This document shows, in pieces, positions 41,211 to 54,751 of a stretch of DNA of 64,000 nucleotides. The stretch is from Sphyrna mokarran (Eukaryota), in NCBI GenBank assembly GCA_024679065.1, contig JAGIQG010000006.1, forward strand, positions 47,554,001 through 47,618,000, in the 5' to 3' direction. Numbering within the stretch: position 1 is the stretch's first letter; each line of letters starts with the position of its first letter. The notes beneath the pieces are model-generated. The model saw only the letters and a program-made list of their open reading frames with translations. It ran no database searches and was not told where the DNA came from. A program made the translations under genes and the position numbers.

Positions 41211-44200
41211 CTAGAAATGAGTGAAAAAGAAAGAGTTAATGCGATGGCAATGTCAGATACAGATAACTTGTGGGGAAATCCCTTCCCAATTGAAAAGGTT
41301 CATTTTTTGGTTTTGAATATGAAGAAACAACCCATTCATCAAGTTCCAGAATTAAAAGATTGGCACAGTATGGCTAAATAGTAGGAGAAAAAAATCATAG
41401 CATGTCTTAAACATATCTACTGAGTAAAAGAACAGGACAGATCTAGAAATCTACAGTTGTTTTTGGTGAGAAGCATGCTTGTTTATATTACTTAAGTACT
41501 GAAATTAATATAATATTAATGATACAAAGATACAAAAGCTAATGCGCAGCGGGACAATAAGTTCCAAAAACAGATACAGTCTTGAAAGGTGGAAAAACCA
41601 TCAAGCCAATACAGAATAATCAAAATTGTTGATTTACTAAACACAACAATACAAACTATTCCAAATGGTAACAATGTACTTCATGAATGGTGCCATTGCT
41701 TATTACTAAATTGGCTCTATAGAGATCTTGGAGTTGAAATTCTGTGGGGTACATGGAACTAGAGCTGTGGAGAGAGATTGTTGAGGTCCACACAGTTTCA
41801 GCCCGCCTGCCTCACAAGACCATGCTGGTCATTCGATATTGGGAGCCTTTTTGTGAATTGTTTTATGGTTGATTCCAAGAATCTTACTGAAGCAGTACTG
41901 CACCCCCCCGCATAGGATTCTGATATGACAAACCACTTTCCATTCACCCTCATTGTGTTGGATTCTTGATCCAAAAATAATTGTGAATTGCAAAATCCTG
42001 ATCCAAGCATAAATGTCCTGTAATTATCTGCTTTTAATGCTCTGCACATGAAATCTGGCCAATCCACAGCCAAGTTTCATCTAGAGACAGAAGCACATTT
42101 TCAAAGTCTAATTACTTTTGTGTAAAACAAAGGATTTTGTTAACTGTTTTCTATTTTGTTTATAGTGAATTACCAAATGAATGATTAAATGGGCTGTGGC
42201 ACAAAGATTAGCAAATTGACTACTTTTATCTGTGGTTTACAGAAATTCTGATCCAAGCATAATCCTGATGCAAGCATAACATTTACAGGCAAAATAGTTG
42301 TGCATTTATTAGGATTCAACTGCAATTCTTAAAAACGTCAGTTCTGTGCATTACGTCTGGAGCACAGGATGTTTCTGGCCATTTGTAAAAAAAAGTCTTC
42401 ATTTAATCAAAACAGCAACAGTAAAATAATAAATAAATCTTGATTTTTTTTTAAAAGGAAATGCAATTTTAGAAAGCTTAGAGGTTATAGTTTATATCAG
42501 AAAGTTGATGAGTGCTATGTCAAGTGGCAATAGGTGAATGCTGAGTTTTCTATCTGAAAAATATCCATGTAGGTGAGATACCGAAGGCAGCTAGAGATGA
42601 GAACTGGCATTAAATATCAATGTCCCTATACCAGTGCTCACAAGGGTCCCATATTTTGTGAATTTACATGGATTTTGAAATAAAAAAAGCACAAATAATT
42701 TAAGTTGACCCCACTGCAATCTTCAACCATTCATCCTTTAACTGTCAGGCTGCAAAAACACTGATTTTAAAATTGAACAGTAGCATTCCTTTAAGGGATG
42801 ACCAACTGTCATATATGCTGGCACCTGACTGGCAACATTCAGATTCATATGAACAATCTTCATCCTTGTATTAACAATTCTATATACTTACATGTCTTTT
42901 TCACTTGCTTGTTTGATGTAAAATACAGTTTCCAGGGCTGAAGGTCAACTATCTGTAAGCTGCAATGGTGATTGACATGCCAGGCTTGCTTAGTGACAAA
43001 GCATGCTGCACTATCAATTAAGGACATAAAACTAGGCTAAAGCCGTGTGATGTGGGTCAGTTCTTGAGAACAGAGGCTGGACTAAATACCAACACCCAAG
43101 GACTAGCCTGGCAAAATGCAGCACAACTGTCATTTAGTAGCAGCAAGTGCTTTTGTCTATCGCTAACAGGTATGATACAGGATGTACATGTCAGGGACTC
43201 ACTGCTTGAAAAATCAAAGCAAGTTTTTCAAGTGATTCCGTTTGCATGATCAGTTCACTAATCTTCTAGGTTTATCCAATAGTTTATTGAACCAAACACA
43301 GACCACATGTCATCAGTAATTATGAAAAAAATGTGCATGTCACATCAAGGAAGAAAGAACAGGAAAGATGTAGTTTAAAGCTGGCAAGCATATGATATTT
43401 AAAGGAGATTTCAACGTTGCACATGGCAATTACACAATCCTTAGTACAATAGAAATGTCAGAGATCACAGCAACATTAATTCAGTAAAGTTAACTATGAC
43501 AGCGCAAGCAATACATTTGCAGAGATTTAAGCAATGCCACGTTGACAAGTCTGTGAATCAAGATGGTGTGGTCATGTAACGCTTTGGAGTATCACTATAC
43601 ACCACGATGTAGTGGTTCAATTACAACTGGAATCCTCAATCCACTGAGCTCCTGATCTCAGTCTCATTTATGTGAAGAATAGAAAATCAGAGGTTGAGCA
43701 CTTCCCACCCAGGAATGAGAAAAGCAGGGAATCGGAGAAATCAGAAGAGGCATCCCTAGGTCATTTTCACATACTGTTTGGTGGCCAGCTCTAGGCTGAC
43801 ATTGGCAGATGTCTAAAGATTCTGTCTCTCTTTTGGCTGCAAATGATGTGCAGCCTGTGAGCCTCCAGAAAATGATAAGCAAGAAAATAATTTTTAAAAT
43901 GCATTGATTTCAGAAACAAAATTAAAAATAAAAGTCAAACATGCATCACAAGAAGAATATTAGCCAATGAGTTAATTAAATATTAGAATAATATTCAGTG
44001 TCAACAATAAAAAGGGAATATTTATTGGCTAATTAAGTAGCAAGGAAAAAATATTAAACGTTAATTTTTGTTTGAGGTCACAATGCAGACAGCAGTAAAT
44101 AAATATACAGAAGCCTGTTAGTTTAGGATCATTAATGCTTTGGATCAACATATCACATATACTGGCCATAAAATATCCTATAATCAACTGCACATGATCA

Positions 44201-44751
44201 CTCCATCAGTTTATCGTAATGATGTCAAAATCATTAATTCTTCATTGTGAGTAATTATCATACATCAAGAACAGAGGACACACAAGAATTGGCATCTGGA
44301 CTTGAAGGCATTGCCAATGCAAAATGAAGCCATCAAATAAAGTTCATTTAAAAATATATTGTTTTCAGAAAGAAGTGATTTCATGACAATCTAATCTGAA
44401 GATTTAAGTGACCATTAAAATGAGCTTGAGTTAAAATTTTGTGGTTTTTGACAGCATCTAAAATTCAGATTAGATTAGTGCTTTTTTAGATTAGTGCATT
44501 TTTATGCATCATATTTTTTTAAAATAAAGCAGTTTCAGTTTTTTTTAGTTTGAGAGTTGACAAAATGCACATCAGGGCTTAATTCTGAATATTTAAAGAA
44601 GTGCAATAAATTACTTCCAAACATTTATTCAGGCTACACATGTGATGTTTTAATCATAAATATTGCAGCTTCATAACCTTTTTGATTTAAAACAGACTCC
44701 TAATATAATCATGTAATATTGCAACCATCTTCATGTTGGAATGGAATCGCT

Positions 44752-44877
44752 GGCCACAATTTTCCAGCCCTTACATGATGAGACTCATTGTGGGGATGCG
44801 TGACTCAGCCAAAAGTTATTGACCCTTGGCGGGACTGCATGATCCCGGTGGTCAGCAAGACTGGAAAATCCTGGACC
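44752..44877. mobile_element. Short MITE-like element with terminal inverted repeats
   Basis: ATTTTCCAGCC (44759-44769) is the reverse complement of GACTGGAAAAT (44859-44869) at 10/11, extending imperfectly to GGCC/GGACC ends; non-coding interior. Confidence 0.55.
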
Positions 44878-44904
44878 TGCTTTTTCAACAGCTCAAGCTT
44901 TTTT

Positions 44905-46785
44905 GCAGTCATTGAAATGATTTATTTATTACTTCAGAAGACATTCAATAATGTCCCACACAGGCTAGTAAACAAAAATAGAACATATCAGATCAGGTGT
45001 AATATGCTGCTAGGTTTGAGAATTGATTGACAGACAGAAAAGAGAGTAGAAATAAATGAGTCATTCTCAGCATGGCAGACCATTACAAGTGGATTACTGC
45101 ATGGATCAGGACTGTGGTTGCAACTGTTCCCAATCTATAAAAATGATATGGATCGGGGGATCAAAGGTAATATTTCCTAATTTGCTGATAACATACAAAC
45201 ATACAAATGAGGAACAGGAGTAAACCCCTCAAGCCTGCTCCGCCATTCAATAATATTGAGACTTCAACCCTACATTTCTGTCTATCCTGATAACCTTTAA
45301 TGCCTTGGGTAATCAAGAATCTACTGAGCTCTGCCTTAAAAATATACAAAGACTCTGCTTGCATTGTTTTTTGAGAAAGTTCCAGAGACTCATGACCCTC
45401 AGAGAGAAAAAAAACTCCTCATCTCTGCCTAAAATGAGCAACTCCTTATTTTTAAACAGTGATCTCTAGTTTTAGACTCTTGATAACAGGAAATACCATC
45501 TCCAATTCCACCCTGTCAATACGTCATCAGGATCTTAAAGGTTTTGAACAGGTTACCTCTTGTTCTAAACTCTAGAGAGTACAAACCTAACCCCTTCAAC
45601 CTTCCCTCATAAGACAAACCACTCTTTCCTGATGTTAGTCTACTAAACATTCTTTGAACTATTTCTAAAGCATTTACATCTTTCCTTTATTAAGACGATC
45701 TTATTGTACACAACATCCCAGATGTGGACTCACCAGTGCCCTGTAAAACTGAACATTACCTCCCTACTTTCGTAGTCAATTCCCCTCAGAATAAATGATA
45801 AAATTCAACTAGTTTCCTGAATAACTTGCTGTACTTATATATTAGTATTTTGTGATTCATGCATGAGAATACTGAGCTCTGCAATCTCTCCCCATTAAGA
45901 TAATAAGCTTCTTAATAGAAGCTAGATCAGAATGTGAGTTGTGAGGAGAATGCAAGGAGGCTTCACAGAGATCTGGGCATTTTAAGTGAGTGGGCAAGAA
46001 CATGGAAGATGGAATACAAAATGACCATGTGTAAAACTGTTCATTTTGGTCAGAAAAACAAAAGGCAGAGTATCTCTGAAATGACATGAGATTAGGAAGT
46101 GTTGATGTCCAAAGGTATCTGGATGCCCTAGTTCATAAAAAACTGGTGTGTGGACACAGCAAATAATTAGGAAGGCAAATGGCATTTGCAACCCATTGGC
46201 CTTTTACTGCAAAGGATTTAAGTACAGGAGTAAATACATCTTGTTGCAACTGCATATAACCTTGGTAAAACTGCACCTAGAGTACTGTGTACAGTTTTGG
46301 TCTCTTTATTTAAGGAACAATGTATTTGCTAAACAGGAGTGCAGTGGGAATTCACCAGATTAACTCCAGGGGATCATGGATTATCTCATGAGGAGAGATT
46401 AAGGAAACTGGGCCTGTGTTTTTTAGAATGAGGAGTGATTACATTGAAACTTGCAAAATTCTTACAGAGCATGACATAGTAGATGATTATAGCAAGTTTC
46501 TCCTTGGCTGGTGACTCCAGAACCAGAGGCCATATAAGACCAAAATGAGGAGGAATTTCTCCACTCAGAGAATGGAGTCTTTGGAATTTTCCATCCCTGG
46601 AGGGCTGCAGAAGTCCAATCATTGAGCGTGTTCAAGACAGAGATCAGTAGATTTCTGGATACTAATAACATTAATTAATATGGGGAAAAATGGAGTGGGA
46701 TGGATGATCAGTCATGATCTGTTTGAATGGAGGAGCAGGCTCTTTGCTGGGTTGAAGTAACTGCTCCTATTTACTATGTTTCTAT
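44905..46785 (+). mobile_element. Old, degenerate CR1 LINE (RT to 3' tail), split by an antisense CR1
   Basis: Decayed RT motifs (QKTFNNVPHRL..., KGNIS*FADN ending ~45191) resume at ~45920 and run through LVKLHLEYCVQFWS to a tail ctgctcctatttactatgtttc at ~46785. Confidence 0.8.
45191..45915 (-). mobile_element. CR1 LINE 3' fragment nested antisense inside the previous CR1
   Basis: Starts with the reverse complement of a CR1 tail (acatacaaacatacaaatgaggaacaggag); minus ORF 45161-45364 AESLYIFKAELSRFLITQGIKGY is a CR1 ORF2 C-terminus. Confidence 0.8.
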
Positions 46786-46926
46786 TTTCAACAATATGCC
46801 AACTTCCTAAAATGTCTTCTGCATATTTCTAATATTGTCTTTTTGAAGGTACATGACAAATTCAGGGTCCTACAGGGCATTTATTGTGATTGCATATTTA
46901 TTGAATATATTTGCATGTTGTAATCT

Positions 46927-47268
46927 TTTGATTTGACTTGATTTATTGTCACGTGTATTGTTTCTTGAGTGCTATACAGACAAAACATACCATTCATACA
47001 GAAGGAAATGAGAGAGTGGAGAATGTAGTATTACTGTTGTAGTTAGGATATAGAGAAAGATTAACTTAATGCAAGGTAAGTCCATTCAAAAGCAGCAGGT
47101 AAGAAGCTGTTCTTGAGTTGATTGCTACATGATCTCAGACTTTTGTATCTTTCTCATGGAGGAAGAAGGTAGAAGGGAGAATGTCCGAGGTGCGTGGGGT
47201 CCTTAATTATGCTGGCTGCTTTGCTGAAGCAACAGGAAGTATAGACAAAGTCAATGGATGGGAAGCTA
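46927..47268 (-). mobile_element. Rex1/Babar-like non-LTR element, 3' fragment
   Basis: Reverse complement matches the 3' part of the copy at 47725-48320 (e.g. identical AAAGCAGCCAGCATAATTAA) and ends in aataaatcaagtcaaatcaaaa. Confidence 0.7.
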
Positions 47269-47724
47269 ATCTTGTTACACCTTTTACAGGTGCAAAAATA
47301 TAACTGAAGCCCTCAAAAGGCTAATCACTAAAATGTGAAATTATTACCATCTATCCAGAAAAAACTCAAGGTAACAAGACTTTCTAGTACTGGTCATATA
47401 TCTTTCATCTGTATTCTGAAAACTGAACACACCCAAAAACTGTACATTTTTGAACCTTATTGATCTTTAGTGCTGGAAGTATAGTTGTTTTCTGCACTGT
47501 ATAGCTTGTGATTTTTGTAGGGAATAGGTCAAAAAGCAACCTTATCTTGTACTTTTGTTTGGTGGCATATTTTACTTTTTTTGCCATTTTATTTAATTTA
47601 GACTATAAGTTGCATAGATTTAGGCTATTGTGAGTTTAAATGTAATATCTGAAAAACAAAATGATCTAAATCTAAAATGCAATCAGCTCAGAGGGTTTCA
47701 GATAAAGGGTACTCAGCCTGTACT

Positions 47725-48320
47725 AAAAATGGTTGACAGCTTGAAGGTTTTTAGGTGTCCAGATCACCAAAAACCTGTCTTGATCCCTCGTACCAACATT
47801 ACAGATAAGAAAGCCCACCAACACCTCTACTTTTTTAGAAGACTAAGGAAATTTGACATGTCAGCCAAGACTCTCACCAAGTTTGACAGATGCACCATAG
47901 AAAGCATTCTTTTTGGTTGTATCACAGCTTGGTATGGCTCCTACACTGTTCAAGACTGTAAGAAATTAAAAAGAGTCATATGTAGTTCAGGCTATCAAAC
48001 AAACCAGCCTCGGAAAAGCAGCCAGCATAATTAAATACCTCATGCACTCCGGACATACTCTCTTTAACCTTCTTCTGTCCGGAAAATGATACTGAGGTGA
48101 CATACCAATCAACTCAAGAACAACGTCTTGCCTGCTGCCATCAGACTTTTGAATCAGACTACCTCACACTAAGTTGATCTTTCTCGACACTCTAGCTTTG
48201 ACTGCAACACTACATTTGACACTTTCTCCTTCTCTATGAATGGTATGCTTTGTCTGGATAGCATGCAAGAAACAATACTTTTCATGTATGATATGTGACA
48301 ATAATAAATCGCATCAAACG
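47725..48320 (+). mobile_element. Rex1/Babar-like non-LTR element, 3' fragment
   Basis: ORF 47630-48034 contains KKAHQHLYFFRRLRKFDMSAKTLTKFDRCTIESILFGCITAWYGS, typical of the post-RT domain of Rex1-type elements. Confidence 0.75.
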
Positions 48321-50199
48321 TAATGCCCCTCATGCTTCTGAGATTGATGTAATATACTAACAAAAGTTACAAGACTGTGAAAAGAAATTTTACAAATATT
48401 TCTCCTAATGTGAACATAGCGGTATTCAAAGAAAGAGTGGCAGTAATTATTAAAAAGAATGATCAGTATCATCCCTGAATTATATACTGCTTTAATGTTG
48501 CATAACTAATTATGTCATTGCCATATAAGTTCCCAATTAAAGTTAACTTGGTACCTTTTTCTTAAACATTAGCAGTGTGAAAAAGTTATTATTTATTAAA
48601 TATAAAATATATATTGTCTTTGGAAACAGACTACAGGAGGTAACTTTTCATTTTAAAAAATACAAGATGGAGATATTACATTGTGACAATTTTCTCATGC
48701 CTCCCTATACAAAGATAAAGTTAGCTGATGCAATTTTTGTGAGGTTGACTGTGTGGATTCAATGGGCACAAAAATAAACCTTTGTTTGCTATGATTTTTC
48801 TCCCTGTTTCAAGTCACCCACCCTCAGGGTTACATTTTTTTATGACTTTATTGCTCTACAAACATCTATACACGGATGGTGCATGTGTTGACCTTCTGTT
48901 TATTAGATTGACCTCTTGCTAGCCTGTGTTAATGAACAATACTGAAAAAAGAAAAAGAGGGGAATCAACTCAACTATCTACGATTTATGGACACTATTAG
49001 TCACTGCCTTCAGTCAACTTCATAAACTTGTAATCTTCCAGTTAACACTTCTGTGTTCACATCTCTTACCCCACTAAACTTACAAGAATGATCTTTCTCT
49101 AACTTCCATATTTCAGAGAAGTTATTCATAATTTATATCCAATCTGAAGCTCTGGTCGATTTTTTTTTTTGCAGGACAATACAATCAATGATTTCTTCAG
49201 CTTTCACCGATCTGTGTTGAGCTGGTGCTTCAAACCATCATACAGACAGTTTCAAGTAGATCCAAGCCATGACCACTGCAGCTGAGTTGCAAATGAATAA
49301 AGTCTGCCAACCAGTCTGGAATTTGCTAAGCATATTCATGTAAATAGAACAGACTCATTTGCTTTAAAAGCAATCATATTTAGAATTTATTTGGTTATGT
49401 CAGTATTATGCAGCATTCAAAATGGATAAAATAAAATTCCTTGGTGAAAAAATAATTTCTATTCATAGTTGATTTAAGAAAAATGTATTACTTTGCTGGT
49501 GGTGAATATTTGTGGATATTATGTTACTAATAATTGCACTATTAAAATGTTAACAACATCTTCAGCGATGAAACCTTCAGCCTAATCAGTTTTACTCATA
49601 TTATTGATATATACATTTTTATATTTAATGATCACAGAAATACTTCCATAATTCCATCAACAAATGTCAAACAATCACCTGCTGATCCTACTAATATGCA
49701 TTTTTATCACCAGAAGAACAAAAGTAATTTCACAAAAATGAACACTTTGTGCTTTTCTCGGTGACAGATTCTAATTATGCTTCATTTTCATTTATTTACA
49801 TACGAGTACAGGTTATATAGTAAGGGAGAAACACTCAGCCTGGGGCCACATCTCCTCCAACAATACGTATGTGACTTGAAATATAATCACCAATATTTTG
49901 ACACTGAACTACCTACAATGTTGCAAAACAATTTTTGAAAATACTCTAAACATTAAAATATATTGAAAGTAATTGAAATATACGACCATTATAAAAATGA
50001 GCCCCAAAATCAATGTTAACAGATAAAAAAATTAATGTATTTACATGTTATTTTGTCTAATATTTTAATGAAGACATCAACTTATTTAAAATAAATGATT
50101 AATGTTTGTATTAAATAGTGGGGGAGGTATGTCATGGGGAAAGATTAAGTAGTTACGTTACTGTTACCTAACAGTGAGAACAGTAATTTCTCGACCTTG

Positions 50200-51147
50200 A
50201 ATCATAGAATCCCTACAGTGCATAAAGAGGCCATCCGGCTCCTTCAAGTCTGCACCGACTCTCCAAAAGAGCATCCCACCGAGACTTTCCCCTCTGATCT
50301 ATCCCCATAACCCCACACATTTATCATGGCTAATCCATCTAATCTGCATCTTTGGACACCAAATGCCCAGGCGCGGGGGGCGGCAAATGGTTCTTTGGTG
50401 GGAGGGGTGGGGGGAGCACTGCCACTTGCAAATGGTCAGGGGGTTGCGGGGGAAAGGGGGTCTGTTGCCACACTGCATGTGACCAGTGGGAGGAAAGGGG
50501 GAGGGAGTTCCGCTGCCACTTTGCTTGTGATGGGTAGGGGAGAAAGGGGGAGTCTGCTGCCATTCTATGTGTGATTGGTGGAGGGGAAGGTGGGCAGGAG
50601 GCCACAATCGGTCTGGGTGATTGGGGGTGGGGGGGAAATAAGTGGGTCAATAATGTTGTGGGGCTGGGGCAATGCCTGTGGGACTAGGGAGGAGACATTA
50701 TCCAGCCTGAGAGTGATGTGGCAAGGGAGTGTTTTTCTATTTTTTTTTTACTGTCTGTGTGCATTTGAAGGCTCCGATCAGTGCTGGTGTTTTGGGTGTG
50801 TTAAGCCCTGCCCATAGATTTCTGCAGCACAATTCAGAATCGCTGCTATTTTTTCAGGCAGAGTGCATATCGTTGCGTCTGAGAATGGGTCTAAAAGCTG
50901 GATCTGAAACAATCCCAGTTTAAGTCTGCCGAGCACTTTGAATTAAAATGCTAAAATAGAGCCCTCAGGGGCAATTTAGCATAGCTGTTGCACCTAACCT
51001 GCATAATTTTGGACCGAGAGAGGAAGCTGGAGCGTCTGGAGGAAACCCATGCAGAGATGTGGAAAAGGTGTAAACTTCGGTCACTCAAGGCTGGAATCAA
51101 ACTATTGCCTGATGCAATGAGACAGCACTGCTAACCACTGTTTTACA
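50200..51147 (-). mobile_element. HE1/V-SINE-like tRNA SINE interrupted by a ~600 bp G-rich insert (50361-50965)
   Basis: CR1-type tail reverse complement (gaatcatagaatccctacagtgca...) at 50200-50360; V-domain and tRNA head reverse complement (aggggcaatttagc...ggaggaaacccatgcag...gcactgctaaccactg) at 50966-51147. Confidence 0.7.
50361..50965. mobile_element. G-rich MITE-like fragment with degenerate ~45-50 bp tandem units
   Basis: Repeated GGGG...CTGCCAC...TG units at 50410-50635; right end taaaatagagccc resembles a terminal inverted repeat, left end not recognisable. Confidence 0.45.
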
Positions 51148-52002
51148 GACTCATAGATACAATGTAGATAACAGATTTTAGATCCAATTTGTTCTGAGGC
51201 AGTGGTAGTGCTGAAATTGAATCTTTTCAACACAAATGGGCATTGAAACTGACTATTTTAAGATTTGGAAGACAGGTATTTCTGGTGGAAGAAAGATCTG
51301 GGAATATGGTTATAAGCCAACATATAGTTATGATTTTTGAAAGAACAGTAAGTTTGCTATGTGATTCTTATTGTTTTTAAATATATGAAGATGAAACTTT
51401 TCAGGTCTAATTTTCCAAATGAGAACTATGGATGGGAGATTCCCAAGCAGGCTGCAAATAGCAGAACATTGTGGGTACTCTGTAATGCTCTTACATTGAT
51501 TAATTTCCATGCTGATTCAATGCCATGATATGCACAGCTGGCGGGTGAGACTGCTTGCCAGCAATGCACATTTATAAAGTTGATACTTTGGAGCCAAATT
51601 CAATTCCAAATAAATTGTCTTTTTGTAAAAAAGAGCAACATACAACCATCTTGATTTATTCTTGAAAGTGTCAATCATTTTGGGTCACAGAAGCAGGAAG
51701 GTGAGAGTGCCTGAAGTTACTGAGAATTTCAATTCATGCCTTCCATTGCAAGCACCTTTAAATAACCTTTCTGATTTCACATTGTCTTTATTACTTCACT
51801 CCATTTTGAACAACTACTGCTGAGTATTTACAATGACAGAAGGCTTCCCTACAGAGAACTAAAATCAATGTGTTGCAGCATAAGGCAACATTAGTTGTAT
51901 AGGGAAGACTTTACCAAAGGAGTAAAATGTTGTCACAATCATTTTGAGAGCTTAGAAAAGATACTTTGTTCGAAACCTATCCAAGAAAATGCTATGATTT
52001 TT

Positions 52003-52328
52003 TTAAACTCGTTCATGGGTTGGTTGTGGGCACTTCTGGCTAGGTCAGCGTTTGTTGTCCATCCCTAATTGCCTTTGCACTGAGTGGCTTGCTGGGCATT
52101 TCAGAGTGCATTTAAGAGTCAACGTCATTGCTGTGGAGCGGAGGTCACATGTAGGCCAGACTAGGTTAAGAATGGCAGATTTTCATTAGGTTTTTCATTC
52201 CAAATTTTTATTGAATTCTAATTTTACCATCTGCTGTGATGGGATTCAAACCTGGGTCCCCAGAACATTACCGTAGGTTTCTTTATTAATAGTCCAGTGA
52301 TAACACCACACTACAACCCCACCCCCTC
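52003..52328 (-). mobile_element. tRNA-derived SINE
   Basis: Minus-strand head with A-box-like gtagtgtggtg and B-box-like GGTTTGAATCC (+ strand gggattcaaacc ~52241-52252); LINE-like tail ggcaattagggatggacaacaaacgctg. Confidence 0.65.
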
Positions 52329-52519
52329 CAGGTGTGGGAACAGTTCTTGGGAGACCATTAATTTTGGCTATGAGTAAATCGAAGACCTGTTTTTCTGGTC
52401 TTTGCTGAAGCTGTTTAACAAAGTGGGTGACAACAATCTGAGTGTTGGCCTGATTTTCTTTCCTCCCTCACTTCTAATGTGCGATTGCTGCTAAAGGATG
52501 TACGAATAAGCTTACATCC

Positions 52520-52828
52520 GACCATTCTGATGCTTGGTCCACCAGGGGCACTTTGCTTCTGATCTCATTGAGGTTTTGTTCCAAACTTGAATAAAATATT
52601 TGTATTTAAAAGGTGAGGCAGAAGTCACTGCCCTTGATATCAAGGCAATATTTGACCTAGTGTGAGATCAAGGAATCTGAGCAAAATTGAGGTCAATGGG
52701 ATCAGATGGAAAATGCTCCATTGGTTGGATTTATTCCTAGCACAAATGAAAAGAGTTGTGGCTGTTGGAGGCCTCAAGACATTGCTACAGAAGTTCTCAT
52801 AGTACTGCCCCAAATATCTTCAACTACG
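52520..52828 (+). mobile_element. Degenerate LINE reverse-transcriptase fragment (CR1/L2 group)
   Basis: Manual translation gives decayed motifs HQGHFASDLI and GEAEVTALDIKAIFDLV, plus a degenerate PQGS region. Confidence 0.65.
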
Positions 52829-54017
52829 TACATTGTGTGGTAGAAATGAAAATAAGTTCATGCATTTCTGCTCCTTATGGTGTTTCCCATTGCTTTTTTA
52901 GCATTACTTACAGAATTTCCAAGATAACAAATAAAGAAAAATCATAGCTTTCTCTTTTTAAGCTAATATTTATTTATATAATGGTTTTAATTTAAGAGAT
53001 CACATGTAACTGATCATTGAAGTAAAATTGGAGAGAACAGTGTCTCTACAGCAGTAGCAGATGAAAAAATTAATAGTACTTTAGTTTAAGGTTAAGTATG
53101 AGCTTTTTGGGTCAGTTTTACATAGGATTACCTAATTAATTTTATAATAGTTAGCTAAGATTTATCTTTCACTTCTTAAAAAGTGCTTACTTTGTGCAGG
53201 AATTCCAAACATACATAGAGAGAACATGATTATTAAACAGGACGATGAATGACTATGACAAGATGTAGATCAGTAAGATTTGTATAAATAACCACTTAGA
53301 AGTAACTAACCTTTTCAAGATTTTGATCTGATATGGCCAATTAAATAAAGATCTATTTAATAAATGAAACTACCTGTAGCCATGCTTGAACCTGGCTTTT
53401 GTTAGTCATCTTGTCTCTAAACTATTCACACATTTGGTTAGTAAAGGGCATCTCAGATGTCAAAGGCTGAGGATTCATTATACTAACATGGCTCAGGCTT
53501 ATTCAGAACTCACAGTGGTCCTCACTATGAAACTGATTGAAGCTCAATTTAGTGGTTAGTCAGTGTGGTTCTGCCTCAGTCACTGGATATGATTTTTATT
53601 CATCGTAATAAAACTAGATTTAGAATCTGAAAAGTAATATTTTCACACAGCAAAGCTGACAAACACAAATATAGATAAATAATTCAAGTGCATTAGCAAA
53701 TGCTGCTGCAAATTCAGAACTGCTGGATTAATAGATCAATTTTAAACATCAATTGATGAAATACATGTTTGCAATCTGTCATTTGGATTAACTAAAAATC
53801 ATCAGCAAATATCAGACTGTCAACACTTTTGATCCTTAAGAAGTTTAAAGCATTTTATTACAATGACAAATTCTTCTATTAATGTCATCATTTCCAAGAA
53901 TTGTTTCAAACAAAGCCTGTGTGTATAGTTCTGGAGGACAATCATGTTGTTAAAAGTTACTTACAATCAAGATCATATTCAGTATATAAAACCTTTTCAT
54001 TGACAACATCCTGATGT

Positions 54018-54054
54018 CAGATTTCCAGCATCTGCACTATTTTGCTTTTATATA
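54018..54054 (+). mobile_element. Severely 5'-truncated copy of the same mini-element tail
   Basis: cagatttccagcatctgcactattttgctttta matches the tail at 55600-55630; flanked by CTGATGT direct repeats (54011-54017, 54055-54061). Confidence 0.6.
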
Positions 54055-54751
54055 CTGATGTTGTGCTGTTACGCAACATATTGTAAGTTCCAACCATCCT
54101 GTTTGGGAATAAAAATTGGTTTAACCATATGTGTATACAAAATAATTTATTTGGTAATTATTTTTCTGACTCCTAATCTATTGCACTTGATAAGATTCCC
54201 TATGTGTAACATTGGTAGGGCTTTTCTTTCAGCAAAATTGGATCCTATATTGGAATTTGCTGTAATGAGAGTGCTGTTTCAGCACAGTGTCCTCAACAGA
54301 AGATTTAGGAGCCGTATGAAAAAGATAGCAGCAACATATCTCCTTAATCAATCAGTTAGATCAGGTTCAAGAATTGTTAAATGAATAGCACAGAATCTGA
54401 ACACAGAACTGCCAGTTGGAATATTTAATTCATTGCTAAATAATGTAAAGAAAGCAAAATAAAGAAGGATGGAATTAAAAGAGGGAGACTCAATCATCAG
54501 AATAAATTCTGTTAAATCATTTTTATTATTTTAAATCTCCAATAATAATGACATATTTTTGAAAGTTAATTTTCAATACCAGAGAGGTTGTTTGATTGTA
54601 AAGACTGCCAAAAATATACTTTCAGTTGACTGGACAAGCCTCCCCTGCTTTTGGTGAATTTAATAGATAACCATTGCTTAATTACAGCAATTTTACTTTG
54701 CACAGTATACAAATAGTTGTTTGGTAGTACAGAACTTGTGAATTGCTGAAA

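Noticed and set aside
41961-42279. CRISPR-like array
   Set aside because: Only 3-4 short copies, irregular spacing, eukaryotic context and no cas genes.
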